59,973 nt of DNA. Source: a virus (lineage: Duplodnaviria > Caudoviricetes). Below the pieces are notes generated by a model, which worked only from the letters and a program-made list of their open reading frames with translations, ran no database searches and was not told the origin of the DNA. The stretch is from positions 1 through 59,973 of the IMG/VR virus record IMGVR_UViG_3300017743_000009, one strand, 5' to 3'. Below, in pieces: positions 9,801 to 18,902 of this stretch. The position numbers were made by a program, and so were the translations under genes. Within the stretch, counting starts at the first letter, position 1; each line of letters opens with the position of its first letter.

Positions 9801-11187
9801 TATCTAAATTGCCTTCATTAACAAACACTCCAGTAGAATTTGATACTACCTGTGAGTTACCTGCTGCGACTGCAAGAGTAGGTGTGCCACCCTCTGTGGC
9901 TGATGAACCGGTTATTCCGTTTCCTGCTGTAATAGTAGCAACATAATTACCAGATGTATCCGTTCCTAAAGCAACATCATCTGCTTTTGTATGGAAGGCA
10001 TACTCTGTACCACCTGCTACTTTATGTGTCCATCTATCAGTAGATTCATCCCAGTATAATAATGCATTGGCTGAATCACCCCTTTCAACTTCTATACCAG
10101 CATCAACAGATGGTACGCCTGTTTGACCAGAAGCAATAGTTATAATTGCATCATTAACAACTAAGTTATTTGTATCAACAGATGTCTCTGTTCCTTGAAC
10201 TGTTAGGTTACCAGATATAATTACATCACTAAATGTTACGTCTGCTGATGTACCTACATCCTGCCCTATATGAATACCTGATGCATTAACTGTAACACCT
10301 GTTCCACCAACAGCAGTTAAAGTTCTTGTTGATGAAATATCACCACCACCTGTTAATCCATCTCCAGCTGTTATATCAACACCTGTATGATCTATATTTT
10401 CGTTAGCGACATATCCGCTTAAGCTGTGTATATCTAGATTACTTTCTACAACAAATACACCAGATGAGTTAGATACTATCTGATTGTTTCCTGCTGCAAC
10501 TGCTAAAGTCCTATTTGATTCTATAGTACCGCCGCCTGATAATCCGTTACCTGCCGAGATTGATACACCTGAATGATCTATATTTTCATTAGCTTCATAA
10601 CCATTTAGGTTATGTATATCGATGTTTGATTCTGCTATAAAAATACCAGTAGAGTTTGATACTACTTGGTTATTACCTGCTACTACAGCAAATGATCTAG
10701 AAGCAGCTATTGTGCCTCCCCCTGATAAACCATTGCCTGCTGTTAATGTAACTCCAGTATGATCTATATTCTCATTAGCTTCATAGCCACTAAGGTTATG
10801 AATATCTATACTTGATTCAGTTACGTTAATAAAGCCTGTTGAGTTTACTGATACTAAGTCACCTATTTTAACTAGGCCTGAGACTGTAGAATTTGCAGAT
10901 GGAAGTGTTTGCGCAAATGCAGATCCATCTCCTGTACTTAAAACAAAAGTAGAATTAGCAGCGGTATAAGTATAATTACTTACTCCACTTACACTTGCAC
11001 TTTGAATGTTAGTTACAAGCCCTTTTGCATTAACTGTAACGACTGGAATAGTAGTTGTATTACCAACAGTACTTGCACTTACTCCTGATGCGGGCATAGC
11101 AGATGTATTAACGACACCTGAATTATTTGCTATCTCAACGCCGCCTACTTCTAAGCCATTTTTTATTCTAAAATTTTGATTTGCCAT
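6868..11187 (-). CDS. Large repetitive fibre protein (1439 aa) at the wac/fibritin position
   Basis: G/S/T/N-rich; 11 copies of a (D)IHNLSGYVANENIDH module with AGxGL(S/T)GGG shaft repeats; two copies of a DAG(I/L)EVERGDSANA..YWDESTD.W domain; immediately upstream of gp13. Confidence 0.75.
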   Translation of the reverse strand: MANQNFRIKNGLEVGGVEIANNSGVVNTSAMPASGVSASTVGNTTTIPVVTVNAKGLVTNIQSASVSGVSNYTYTAANSTFVLSTGDGSAFAQTLPSANSTVSGLVKIGDLVSVNSTGFINVTESSIDIHNLSGYEANENIDHTGVTLTAGNGLSGGGTIAASRSFAVVAGNNQVVSNSTGIFIAESNIDIHNLNGYEANENIDHSGVSISAGNGLSGGGTIESNRTLAVAAGNNQIVSNSSGVFVVESNLDIHSLSGYVANENIDHTGVDITAGDGLTGGGDISSTRTLTAVGGTGVTVNASGIHIGQDVGTSADVTFSDVIISGNLTVQGTETSVDTNNLVVNDAIITIASGQTGVPSVDAGIEVERGDSANALLYWDESTDRWTHKVAGGTEYAFHTKADDVALGTDTSGNYVATITAGNGITGSSATEGGTPTLAVAAGNSQVVSNSTGVFVNEGNLDIHNLSGYVANENIDHSGVNITAGSGLSGGGDITSTRTLAVAAGNNQIVSNSSGVFVAEGNLDIHNLSGYVANENIDHSAVEISPGTGLTGGGDLTSTRTLNVGAGNGVTVNNTSVAVTGGNGLTSNSTGVHVEPGHNKVSSNSSGVYVVEGNIDIHNLSGYVANENIDHSGVNLTAGNGLSGGGTIAASRSFAVDAGIGLSANASGVHVEAGTGLTANSTKLMINESTIKGLFSAGGDLSYDSGTGQFTFTNDAGDIESVVAGTGLSGGGTSGAVTLNVDLSELTDMTQAVDNSEDELIILDNGADRRKLISEIPLSAFNNDAGFDVGNSSITDVVAGTGLTGGGSTGTITITAGQGNGITANNTAIAVNPGNGIASNSTGVHVVAGSGIISNSSGVYADASAISHDSLSGFVANEHIDHSGVTLSAGSGLTGGGDITTNRSFAVGAGNGIGVNSTAVAVTAGLGIASNSTGVHAVAGNSQIVSNTSGIFVAEGNLDIHNLSGYVANENIDHSSVSISAGNGLSGGGTIAANRTLAVAAGNNQVVSNTSGVFITEGNIDIHNLSGYVANENIDHSGVTITAGNGLSGGGTIAASRTLAVAAGNNQVVSNSTGVFIAEGNIDIHNLSGYVANENLNHSTISVTAGTGLTGGGTIASTRTLNVGAGNGIVANSTAVSVGAGSGVAVNSSTVRVLANNGITSNATGTYVKPGTGVSVNSSGVHIGQSVGTTDNVTFNDVNVSGNLTISGTETTVSTATLSVTDAIITVAKDQTGTPSVDAGLEVERGDSANALFYWDESTDKWTHKLAGGTEYAFHTKANDIALGTDTSGNYVDNVTGGNGINVTGSAGEGWEPAVAINAQTGLTANSSGLYTNDSQINHDSLSGFVANEHINHTSVTLTAGNGLTGGGNIAASRSFAVVGGTGVTSNSTGVHIGQDVATGASVQFNDITIAANAVIEDLYDSSNRLLKVYDSGGSVVWG

Positions 11188-11217
11188 TCGGTTCCCTATC
11201 CCCTATATAACTATGAC

Positions 11218-11225
11218 TATTTATG
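11218..11225 (-). promoter_or_regulatory. Putative late promoter CATAAATA overlapping the upstream stop codon
   Basis: GCATAAATA formed by the stop of the 136-aa gene, about 30 nt upstream of the 1439-aa gene. Confidence 0.55.
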
Positions 11226-11631
11226 CTTCTACGTATTCTACAGAGTACTTATATGTAGTATTAGCATTTGCAGCCGTGGTTCTTATTCTTACATTATTTC
11301 CGCTAACATCAGATGTTACAGAAAATAAGCTGCTGCCTGATCTTACTGTAGCAAATTCCGTATCGTAAGTTGTAGAGCCGTCATGTATAATGACGAAGGT
11401 TGTTGTATGGTAATTAGAGCCTTGCGTTGCCTGTATTTTAAATATAGCTGATCTATAAGTCGCTTTAGCAAACGTGACTAAATTTTCAGCATTAGTGCCT
11501 CCAGCAGATTTTGTATTACTTCTTGATGCGCCACTCGTTGTCATCTTTTTAGAAGTCTCTACTTTATCAGTAGTTGCATTATAAGAAATATGTCTTATTA
11601 GCTCGGCAATTCCGAATGCTTTTGTAGTCAT
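11221..11631 (-). CDS. Small virion structural protein; paralogous to the C-terminal domain of the 385-aa neighbour
   Basis: TFAKATYRSAIFKIQA...IIHDGSTTYDTEFATV aligns by eye with TFNSSVYRTAKYIIQA...LIHDGTTAYVTEYGEV. Confidence 0.65.
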   Translation of the reverse strand: MTTKAFGIAELIRHISYNATTDKVETSKKMTTSGASRSNTKSAGGTNAENLVTFAKATYRSAIFKIQATQGSNYHTTTFVIIHDGSTTYDTEFATVRSGSSLFSVTSDVSGNNVRIRTTAANANTTYKYSVEYVEA

Positions 11632-12788
11632 TATACGTTAATTCCTATACGTTTTACCTTAAAGGTTGTTCCTGAACCTGTCGGTGTTACTCTCAACCTA
11701 ACTTCAGTACCACTGATATCCCCTGTAACTGTATAGAGATTAGTATTAGAATATACTTCTCCGTACTCAGTTACATATGCAGTTGTACCATCATGTATAA
11801 GAATCGCTTCACTAGCTGCGTATGAATCAGACGTGTTAGCTTGTATGATATATTTAGCAGTTCTATACACTGAACTGTTAAAAGTGTTTATGGTTAATGT
11901 GCTGGTACTTGAAGATGAATAACCTACAGCTTCTGTAAGATCCTCTCCAGCTCCTGCAAATACTACTGTCTCTAAAACGTCAGTAGCTACTGCATTAGCA
12001 GATAAAACTATATGAGATGAATTTGGTCTAGCATAGTCATCAACTGCTATTAATTTAATACCATTTAAAAATACTTGTTCTCTTCCAGGAGTATAATTTA
12101 ATACTGCTGAGTTATCGTCAGTGCCTGTAAAAGATGTTTGGTTTGCTGTAACTGTATATTGATATTCTAGAACAGTAGATGATCCAGATATTTTTACTAT
12201 TTGAACAGTATCCCCATTTACTGCGTTAGCACCTAAAGTAATTGCAGATGTATTTGTAGCTGTATAGTCATCAACAGATATTAATTTAACACCATTAAGA
12301 TATACATCTTCTTCACCAGAAGAATAATCTAATACTAATCCGTTCTCATCTGTACCTGAAAATACTGTTGTATCTGAAGTTGGTTTAAATAGATATTCAG
12401 TAATAGTGACTGAACCACCACCTGATGAAGCAGTCCATTCATAGTCAGAACCGTTCCAGCTTAATACATTATCTTCAGCAGCTGAACTAGTATTAAGATG
12501 TGTATCAACATCACCAGTCGTAAACCCTTCAACAGGAGTAGAAAAAACAAGAGACCCATTACCGTCTGTTTTTAATACCTGGCCATTTGAACCGTCTGAT
12601 GCGGGAAAAGAATAATCGTTTACTGTAAGAGAAGAAACATTAGCACCAATTTCGAATACTACGGTGCCATTAGAACCATACATGATTCCATCAGTCAAGT
12701 TAAGAGCTAACTCTCCGGTTGATATCTGGGATGTATTAGGCGCTTGTCCACTAACGGACGATCGCTTAACTAAAAACTTTGCTGCCAT
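11631..12788 (-). CDS. Tail-fibre-like structural protein
   Basis: N-terminal KRS...GELALN fibre module; PASDGSNGQVLKTDGNGSLVF fibre motif; two tandem EY..T.F.GTD.N..VL.Y..G.E.V.LNG.KLI.VDDY domains. Confidence 0.7.
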   Translation of the reverse strand: MAAKFLVKRSSVSGQAPNTSQISTGELALNLTDGIMYGSNGTVVFEIGANVSSLTVNDYSFPASDGSNGQVLKTDGNGSLVFSTPVEGFTTGDVDTHLNTSSAAEDNVLSWNGSDYEWTASSGGGSVTITEYLFKPTSDTTVFSGTDENGLVLDYSSGEEDVYLNGVKLISVDDYTATNTSAITLGANAVNGDTVQIVKISGSSTVLEYQYTVTANQTSFTGTDDNSAVLNYTPGREQVFLNGIKLIAVDDYARPNSSHIVLSANAVATDVLETVVFAGAGEDLTEAVGYSSSSTSTLTINTFNSSVYRTAKYIIQANTSDSYAASEAILIHDGTTAYVTEYGEVYSNTNLYTVTGDISGTEVRLRVTPTGSGTTFKVKRIGINV

Positions 12789-12799
12789 ATGGGCTTCTT

Positions 12800-12815
12800 C
12801 CTCTTATATAAGAGG
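12800..12815. repeat. Perfect 16-bp palindrome CCTCTTATATAAGAGG covering the RBS of the 385-aa gene
   Basis: Self reverse-complementary; on the minus strand its 3' arm AAGAGG is the only clear SD-like sequence upstream of ATG 12788. Confidence 0.8.
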
Positions 12816-12841
12816 TGAGGGTTTCACTGTCCCCCGATCAC

Positions 12842-13045
12842 CTACTTCTTCTTCTCTGTATTTACAGATGTTTCTTTTTCTACTTTAATTTTATTTTCTA
12901 ATTTTTTTAACTCTACAATTTGTTCATTTGCTAATTGTAATTGAGCTTTAAGACTTATCAATTCTAAAGTCTTATGTTGCAATTCAGTATTAATGTTTGC
13001 AATATATAATCTAACGTACCCGTCTTGTGGGTTTTCAATACTCAT
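12842..13045 (-). CDS. Small coiled-coil protein (possible fibre assembly chaperone)
   Basis: Heptad pattern LQHKTLELISLKAQLQLANEQIVELKKL; RBS AGAGG; lies between fibre genes. Confidence 0.6.
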   Translation of the reverse strand: MSIENPQDGYVRLYIANINTELQHKTLELISLKAQLQLANEQIVELKKLENKIKVEKETSVNTEKKK

Positions 13046-13062
13046 AATATACCTCTAATTAT

Positions 13063-14505
13063 TTAATAAGTTCCACCATCAATGATAGCTTCAATGTAAG
13101 CAAGATTACTTGCTGTGTAAGAAACTTCATTTCCTGGTTCACCTGTTATACCTTCTACAAATACGAAAGCCTTATTTGAATTACTTTTATCTCTAAACAA
13201 ACCTGAGTACTTCTGAGTATCAGAATCATCAAATGTCATATAAAGACCAGTATCAACTAAGTCATCATCTGTACCTGTTTGGTTAGCAGCTAACTTAATT
13301 AAGTTATCATTTATTTCAACTGTAGTAGAAGAAACAGTTGTAGTTGTTCCTGAAACTATTAAGTTACCAGAAACTGTTAACACTCCACCAACGGTAGCTC
13401 CGCCTGTAATAGCTGCTGAAGCTGCATTAACTTCTCCAGTTATATCTGCATCTCCACCTATTGTTATATCGCCACCAGATTGAATAGTAGTAGTAGCATT
13501 TACAAAGCCTGTTGCTGTAACATTACCAGATGCTAATGTAGTACCTATAACCGCAGCGCCTGTAATAGCTGCTGAAGCTGCATTAACTTCACCTGTAATA
13601 TCTACATCACCACTTGCTATAACATGAGAAGCTGATACGTTTCCTGAGAAAGTACCAACGCCAGTTACGCTTAATGGTTGTGTTGCTACAACGTGAGTAG
13701 CGTTACTATATAAGTTATCTGGTTGTATGAATACATCTGCACCCATACCACTATGATTTTCACAGAAGTAATATAAGCTATTAGGTGCGTCTTGTTGTAA
13801 TTGTACTCTTGTATAAGCACCTGCACTACCAGCTGTACCTACTTGTTCATAAATTTTAAATCCACTTGAAGTGCCTTGGGATACTTCTGAACCGTTTGCT
13901 GCTGTACCAAATGCTAACGGATGTGAGCTGTTTGTATTATCTGATTGATCGAACCAATAGATAACACCTGGTACAAGTCTTAAATCTTGTTGTGATGTTC
14001 CATCTATTACAAACTTACCGCCTGCAACTGTTACTGTATGTTCTGAACCTTTGTTTTCTACTAGTAAAGCACTTGTTGATGTATTAGATACAACAAGACC
14101 ATTATTACCTGTAATAGTAATAGTATCAGCATCTGCGTCTCCACCTAATACTAGAGTACCGGTTGAAGCAGAACCACCTGCTGTAATATCATAGTCAGTT
14201 TCTGTTTGTTGAATATCAATTACAGATGAGTTACCTGAAACTGTAATACCGCCTGATCCTACAAATTGAACTTGGTCATTACTTAGAGATGCATTATCAA
14301 CGTTTAAGTTGACAATACCATGTGTGGCATTACTTGTTGAGGTTAGATTATACTGATCCCCTGATAAAGTAAATGAGTTGCCAGTCGCGTTAGCACTATA
14401 CAGCTTCTTTGCTGAAATATCTATCGCTAATTCGCCTTCTGTTAAAGTACCATCAGCTGGAGCTCCGGAACCTCTTCTTAATTTTATTAATGCTTGTCTA
14501 GCCAT
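13063..14505 (-). CDS. Tail-fibre-like protein with a cupredoxin-like insert
   Basis: N-terminal IKLRRG...GELAID; HPLAF...YYFCENHSGMG module; duplicated DITGEVNAASAAITG; C-terminal IDGGTY. Confidence 0.7.
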   Translation of the reverse strand: MARQALIKLRRGSGAPADGTLTEGELAIDISAKKLYSANATGNSFTLSGDQYNLTSTSNATHGIVNLNVDNASLSNDQVQFVGSGGITVSGNSSVIDIQQTETDYDITAGGSASTGTLVLGGDADADTITITGNNGLVVSNTSTSALLVENKGSEHTVTVAGGKFVIDGTSQQDLRLVPGVIYWFDQSDNTNSSHPLAFGTAANGSEVSQGTSSGFKIYEQVGTAGSAGAYTRVQLQQDAPNSLYYFCENHSGMGADVFIQPDNLYSNATHVVATQPLSVTGVGTFSGNVSASHVIASGDVDITGEVNAASAAITGAAVIGTTLASGNVTATGFVNATTTIQSGGDITIGGDADITGEVNAASAAITGGATVGGVLTVSGNLIVSGTTTTVSSTTVEINDNLIKLAANQTGTDDDLVDTGLYMTFDDSDTQKYSGLFRDKSNSNKAFVFVEGITGEPGNEVSYTASNLAYIEAIIDGGTY

Positions 14506-14521
14506 TTTTACCTCTTAATCT

Positions 14522-14773
14522 TTATCTAAAAGGAGATGTTTTTCTCTTTACGTCCTTTAGTTTTAAAGCTTTTTTTACGTTTATGTTATTTATACTATTT
14601 AAGTCGTCTACTATCTCTCTTAAAACTTGTACCTCAGCGGTAAGTTTTTGATTCTTTTCTGACAAATCTTCAATTATTGTCTTTTGATTTAATACAAATC
14701 GACTCAATACTTTAAGTTGGACCTCTCCAAACTCATCCGTAAGTATTTTATGTTCCCAAAATTTCCATTTCAT
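14522..14773 (-). CDS. Small coiled-coil protein
   Basis: IEDLSEKNQKLTAEVQVLREIVDDL heptads; TAATG coupling to the upstream gene. Confidence 0.6.
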   Translation of the reverse strand: MKWKFWEHKILTDEFGEVQLKVLSRFVLNQKTIIEDLSEKNQKLTAEVQVLREIVDDLNSINNINVKKALKLKDVKRKTSPFR

Positions 14774-15522
14774 TAATAAGTTCCACCATCCAAATCACTA
14801 AAGTCAACATCATTATTTGTCACTATCATAACTTGACCATTTGATCCAGTTTTAAAATCCATTGTAGTTGAGTTAGCTGAAGCTAATACTGCATTAGCAG
14901 TAAAGCTAGTAACTCCTGTACCACCATCTTTCACTTCCAGAGGCGCTGATAAACTAGTTATAGTTGCATTAACTAAATTAGCATTGCTTAAGGAAGCTCC
15001 GCTAAAACCAGTGTTACCATTATATTTAGCTCCTGTAATAAAGATACCTTTACCAGCAGTCACACCTGAAGGTAAATTAGATCCTATAAAATGAAGTACT
15101 CCAGATTGATAATCAAAGTACCATTCATCACTATTTCCTGAACCTGTTTCGAATAATTGAGTTCCGTTAGAAGCAGGGTTACCAGATCCTGCCGTATCTA
15201 CGTACACCTTTAATTGATAAGTAGCACCAAAAGAAGAAGGTACCCAATTAGAAATATTTGACTTCCATGTACGTCTAGCTGTAGAAGTTACATCTTCAGT
15301 TGTTGATTGTTCTGTATATATTATTAACGGACCTGTATTTGCTGCTGGTTTAGTACTTGGAATGCTTGCAGCATCAGTCCATATTGTTGACGGTTTAATT
15401 ATTAACTCAGAAACAATAGCCTCATTAGGTGCTTTCTTATTTGTATTAGTATCTGTTTTAACTTTACTGAAGCCTATCTTCTTCCAGAGTAAATCAACTT
15501 TTTGTGTATCAGATATTGCCAT
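14773..15522 (-). CDS. Virion structural / fibre adaptor protein
   Basis: MAISDTQKVDLLWKK N-terminus, EWYFDYQSGVLHF, L.VKDGGTG fibre motif, C-terminal LDGGTY. Confidence 0.65.
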   Translation of the reverse strand: MAISDTQKVDLLWKKIGFSKVKTDTNTNKKAPNEAIVSELIIKPSTIWTDAASIPSTKPAANTGPLIIYTEQSTTEDVTSTARRTWKSNISNWVPSSFGATYQLKVYVDTAGSGNPASNGTQLFETGSGNSDEWYFDYQSGVLHFIGSNLPSGVTAGKGIFITGAKYNGNTGFSGASLSNANLVNATITSLSAPLEVKDGGTGVTSFTANAVLASANSTTMDFKTGSNGQVMIVTNNDVDFSDLDGGTY

Positions 15523-18500
15523 TATGAGATCTCTAATTTAGTTAAACTTTGACCACTGCTTAATCCTACAGATACTAATATTTGATTATTAGTAGATGTA
15601 GATGCATTTTGATCACCTAATGTCATTGTAAAAGAATTATTGTTATAGTTTGTACTTGATTGTATCCTATCTCCAGAAGTAAACGCACATCCATCTGAAC
15701 CATTACCACCAGCTGCAGTATTAGCTCCAGGTGTCCCAGCTCCTGCATATGTATTAGAGGCATCTACCCATCCATTACTATCTGAAGTATCATCAATATT
15801 AGTACCTGGAGCTGCTATATGAAATGAAGCTACAGTTCCAGTTAAAGTAACATTAAAGTTAGCTACGTTAGTTCTTTTAAATGCAAATCTAAAGTATTGA
15901 ACTCCAGACCTACTTGTATTTAGGTTAGGTCCTGCCGGTAAATATCCGGAAGAATAATCAACAACATTATGTGCTAGTGTCCCGTACCTCTGAATCGCTT
16001 CGTCAGTTCCAGCGACAGTAACTGCGCCAGTCCAAGCGTTGTTAACATAATAGTCCACATTATTAGCAAAGGTAGGAGTAGCATTAGTTGAACTAAAATT
16101 AGATAATCTTTTACCGTCTGTGTCATACGTTGCCCCTAAGCTATCTGATACTGGAATGGCATCCTCTCTAACGCCTGATGAGTTGCCATTATATACAGCT
16201 ACTTTTGTATTTGCGTATTGTAAGGTAGAACTTGATCCATTTACATTCTCCATCATCATAGAGAATCCTTCTACTCTTCTCCCGCCACCGTTAACTGCTA
16301 CTTGAAATGTTTCAATACTTACATTAGCTCCAACTCCCGTATTAGCTTTAGGATATCCTGATACTAGAGTTGATGAAGGCAGGATAGAATAATTTTTAGT
16401 TTGCGTGCTAAAGGATGATCCACTATCTCCTTCTATATTAGTACCACTATATATGTTAAATGGTGTAGAATCGTTTTTATAGAATTGACCAGCTACATTA
16501 CTTACTAAAGCTCCAATTACATTTAAGGATGCGTCATTAGTATAGTAAGGTACTCCAGATACATAAGCTAAAGTTCCTGCTGAATTTTGAGTAACGGTAG
16601 TACCGCTAAAATTTAAAACAGGAGTTCCAGTTAAATTATCCTTAGCAAATTCTAATACAGAAGTATTTCCAGTAGTTGAATGACTCAATTTATAAGTATG
16701 AGATCCTGTTGCTAGAGATGATTTATTAATTCTAGCTCTGAAACCAGAATATAATCCAGGTGCATATCTTCTACTTCCTGCAGAAACACTGCCTCCTGTA
16801 TTATTAAAATTATAGAAATCTAATTCGTCAACAACTACTAATGATTGATCAGTACCTGTATTATCACTACTATTAAATGTAATAGTACCTTCTGCTGAAC
16901 CATCAACAATTGCAGATAAGGTTCCAGTACTAGCATCATAAACTACTTGCGAATTTGCTTCACCAGAAGTCTGAATGTTGCCTGATGTTGTGTATCTTGT
17001 TACACTATCTCCAGCTGCAAAAGAACCTTCTGATGTATTATTAATAAATCCTGAAGCTAATCTTGGAGATGATCCAACCGAGCTTGATGTTAAAGATATA
17101 GATTTACCTGATAACCCTTCTGGTGCTGCTATACCAGTATCAAATATTTTTATAGTCTTAGTTGATGAATCAGGTACAGCTGTTGGGTTAGCTGTAGAAT
17201 GGCTATTAATTGAAAGTGTTATTGTGTCTGTTCCAGTACTTGTACCAGCAGTATATGTATGCGTTAATCTCGCACCTTGAGTTCCACCTGCTACTGAAGT
17301 GTTTGATATTGCAGAAGTATCTCCATCGCCCCAGTTAACAAAGAAGGTCGCTACTACATCATTAGCGTTTGTTGTTTCGTTATCTAAATATATTACTTGA
17401 TTGATATTAGCTTCAGTAATTTCTGAGCCACCAGATGCAGCATTAAATATATCAAAGTCAGCACTAGGATCAGATGTATATAATGTTATTAAATCAGTAG
17501 CGGTAAAAGTGGCTGTATTACCTTCACCTAATGCGTTTGTATTTCTAGCTGCTACAACTATATCAAAAGGTGAATTAGTATTGTCTGTATATGTATGTGA
17601 AGGGGTAGCATCTGTAGTATTATTTGTATAGCTACCATCACCCCAAGTTATATCATATCTATTTGCATTACCTACTACATCGATTGTTAAAGTGCTTGTT
17701 AGAGGAGCTCCTCCTACATTACCAGAATTACATGTTACAGAAACATCTCTTACATATGTATTTTGATATACATTAAACATTACTTCATTCATTGAATCTA
17801 TAGCATCAGCTACACTTGTTGTATTAGCTATAGAAGTAACTGCTCCTTCTATATTTCCTGACCCAGATCCATTAGCAAATACTCCATCTGTTGGTGCACC
17901 TATCTGTGTTGTATTTCCTACAGTGCTAATACCACCTACCTGAGTATCTACATAACCTTTAGAAGCTACTTGTGAGTCAGCTACTGGATTAGATGCAATT
18001 GTAATTTGATTTGCATATACATGTTTATAATTATTAGTTGATGAACCTAAATCGTAAGTTACATTATCAGAAGGTATAATACTTGTATTAACAGTAGCAC
18101 CTAAAGATATAACATCTCCTCCATCACCAAGCTGTATACTTGAACCTCTTAATATAAAGTCACCGTTAACTGTTAAGTTGTTTGATATAGAAACATCATT
18201 AGCATGAAGCATTCCAGTCAAAGTGGTTACTGTTGAGTTGGCTGCTATTATCTGTGGTTCATGGACTCTTATTGTTGATCCCATACCAGAGTGATTACCA
18301 CAATAATAAAATAGTCTAGTAGGAGCATCCGCTTCTAATGATACTATAGAATATGAGCCTGCCGAACCAGGAGTACCTACATGAGTAATACCAGTTGTAA
18401 ACTCTGAACCACTGCCGTGTGTACCGTCTGCTGTTTCACTAAACTTTAGAGGATGGCTGCTATTAGATGAGTCTGATGTATCGAAATAATATTTTAAACC

Positions 18501-18902
18501 AGGTAGTAATCTAAATACTTGCTGTTCTGTACCGTCAATAGCAAATTTACCATTCGCTACAGTTATTGTATGTTTAAAGCCTTGAAATGCAGCTTCAGTA
18601 ATAGATAAATTAGGTACTGTAAGATCTGTACTAATAACTATATTATTTACTGTAGCTGTACCATCTACTGTAAGAGCAACGGTTTTAAGATCATCTACAA
18701 AAGATGAAGCATTTACTACTATTGCTTGATTAGCTGTTAATGTCCCTGGGGTCCTTTGACCTCCGATAGGAATATTTGTATTACCTGTTGCACTACCTAC
18801 ATATAAAATACCACCATTAGAAGTAAATGCAAGTTCACCAAATGATATATTTGCAAACGAATCAAGAGTTTGCGATCGTTTTATCTGAATTAAATCGGAC
18901 AT
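15522..18902 (-). CDS. Large fibre/adhesin protein with cupredoxin-like and two PKD-like domains
   Basis: N-terminal IQIKRS...GELAF; HPLKF...YYCGNHSGMG; PKD signatures YDITWGDG...PSHTY and FVNWGDG...LTHTY. Confidence 0.7.
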   Translation of the reverse strand: MSDLIQIKRSQTLDSFANISFGELAFTSNGGILYVGSATGNTNIPIGGQRTPGTLTANQAIVVNASSFVDDLKTVALTVDGTATVNNIVISTDLTVPNLSITEAAFQGFKHTITVANGKFAIDGTEQQVFRLLPGLKYYFDTSDSSNSSHPLKFSETADGTHGSGSEFTTGITHVGTPGSAGSYSIVSLEADAPTRLFYYCGNHSGMGSTIRVHEPQIIAANSTVTTLTGMLHANDVSISNNLTVNGDFILRGSSIQLGDGGDVISLGATVNTSIIPSDNVTYDLGSSTNNYKHVYANQITIASNPVADSQVASKGYVDTQVGGISTVGNTTQIGAPTDGVFANGSGSGNIEGAVTSIANTTSVADAIDSMNEVMFNVYQNTYVRDVSVTCNSGNVGGAPLTSTLTIDVVGNANRYDITWGDGSYTNNTTDATPSHTYTDNTNSPFDIVVAARNTNALGEGNTATFTATDLITLYTSDPSADFDIFNAASGGSEITEANINQVIYLDNETTNANDVVATFFVNWGDGDTSAISNTSVAGGTQGARLTHTYTAGTSTGTDTITLSINSHSTANPTAVPDSSTKTIKIFDTGIAAPEGLSGKSISLTSSSVGSSPRLASGFINNTSEGSFAAGDSVTRYTTSGNIQTSGEANSQVVYDASTGTLSAIVDGSAEGTITFNSSDNTGTDQSLVVVDELDFYNFNNTGGSVSAGSRRYAPGLYSGFRARINKSSLATGSHTYKLSHSTTGNTSVLEFAKDNLTGTPVLNFSGTTVTQNSAGTLAYVSGVPYYTNDASLNVIGALVSNVAGQFYKNDSTPFNIYSGTNIEGDSGSSFSTQTKNYSILPSSTLVSGYPKANTGVGANVSIETFQVAVNGGGRRVEGFSMMMENVNGSSSTLQYANTKVAVYNGNSSGVREDAIPVSDSLGATYDTDGKRLSNFSSTNATPTFANNVDYYVNNAWTGAVTVAGTDEAIQRYGTLAHNVVDYSSGYLPAGPNLNTSRSGVQYFRFAFKRTNVANFNVTLTGTVASFHIAAPGTNIDDTSDSNGWVDASNTYAGAGTPGANTAAGGNGSDGCAFTSGDRIQSSTNYNNNSFTMTLGDQNASTSTNNQILVSVGLSSGQSLTKLEIS

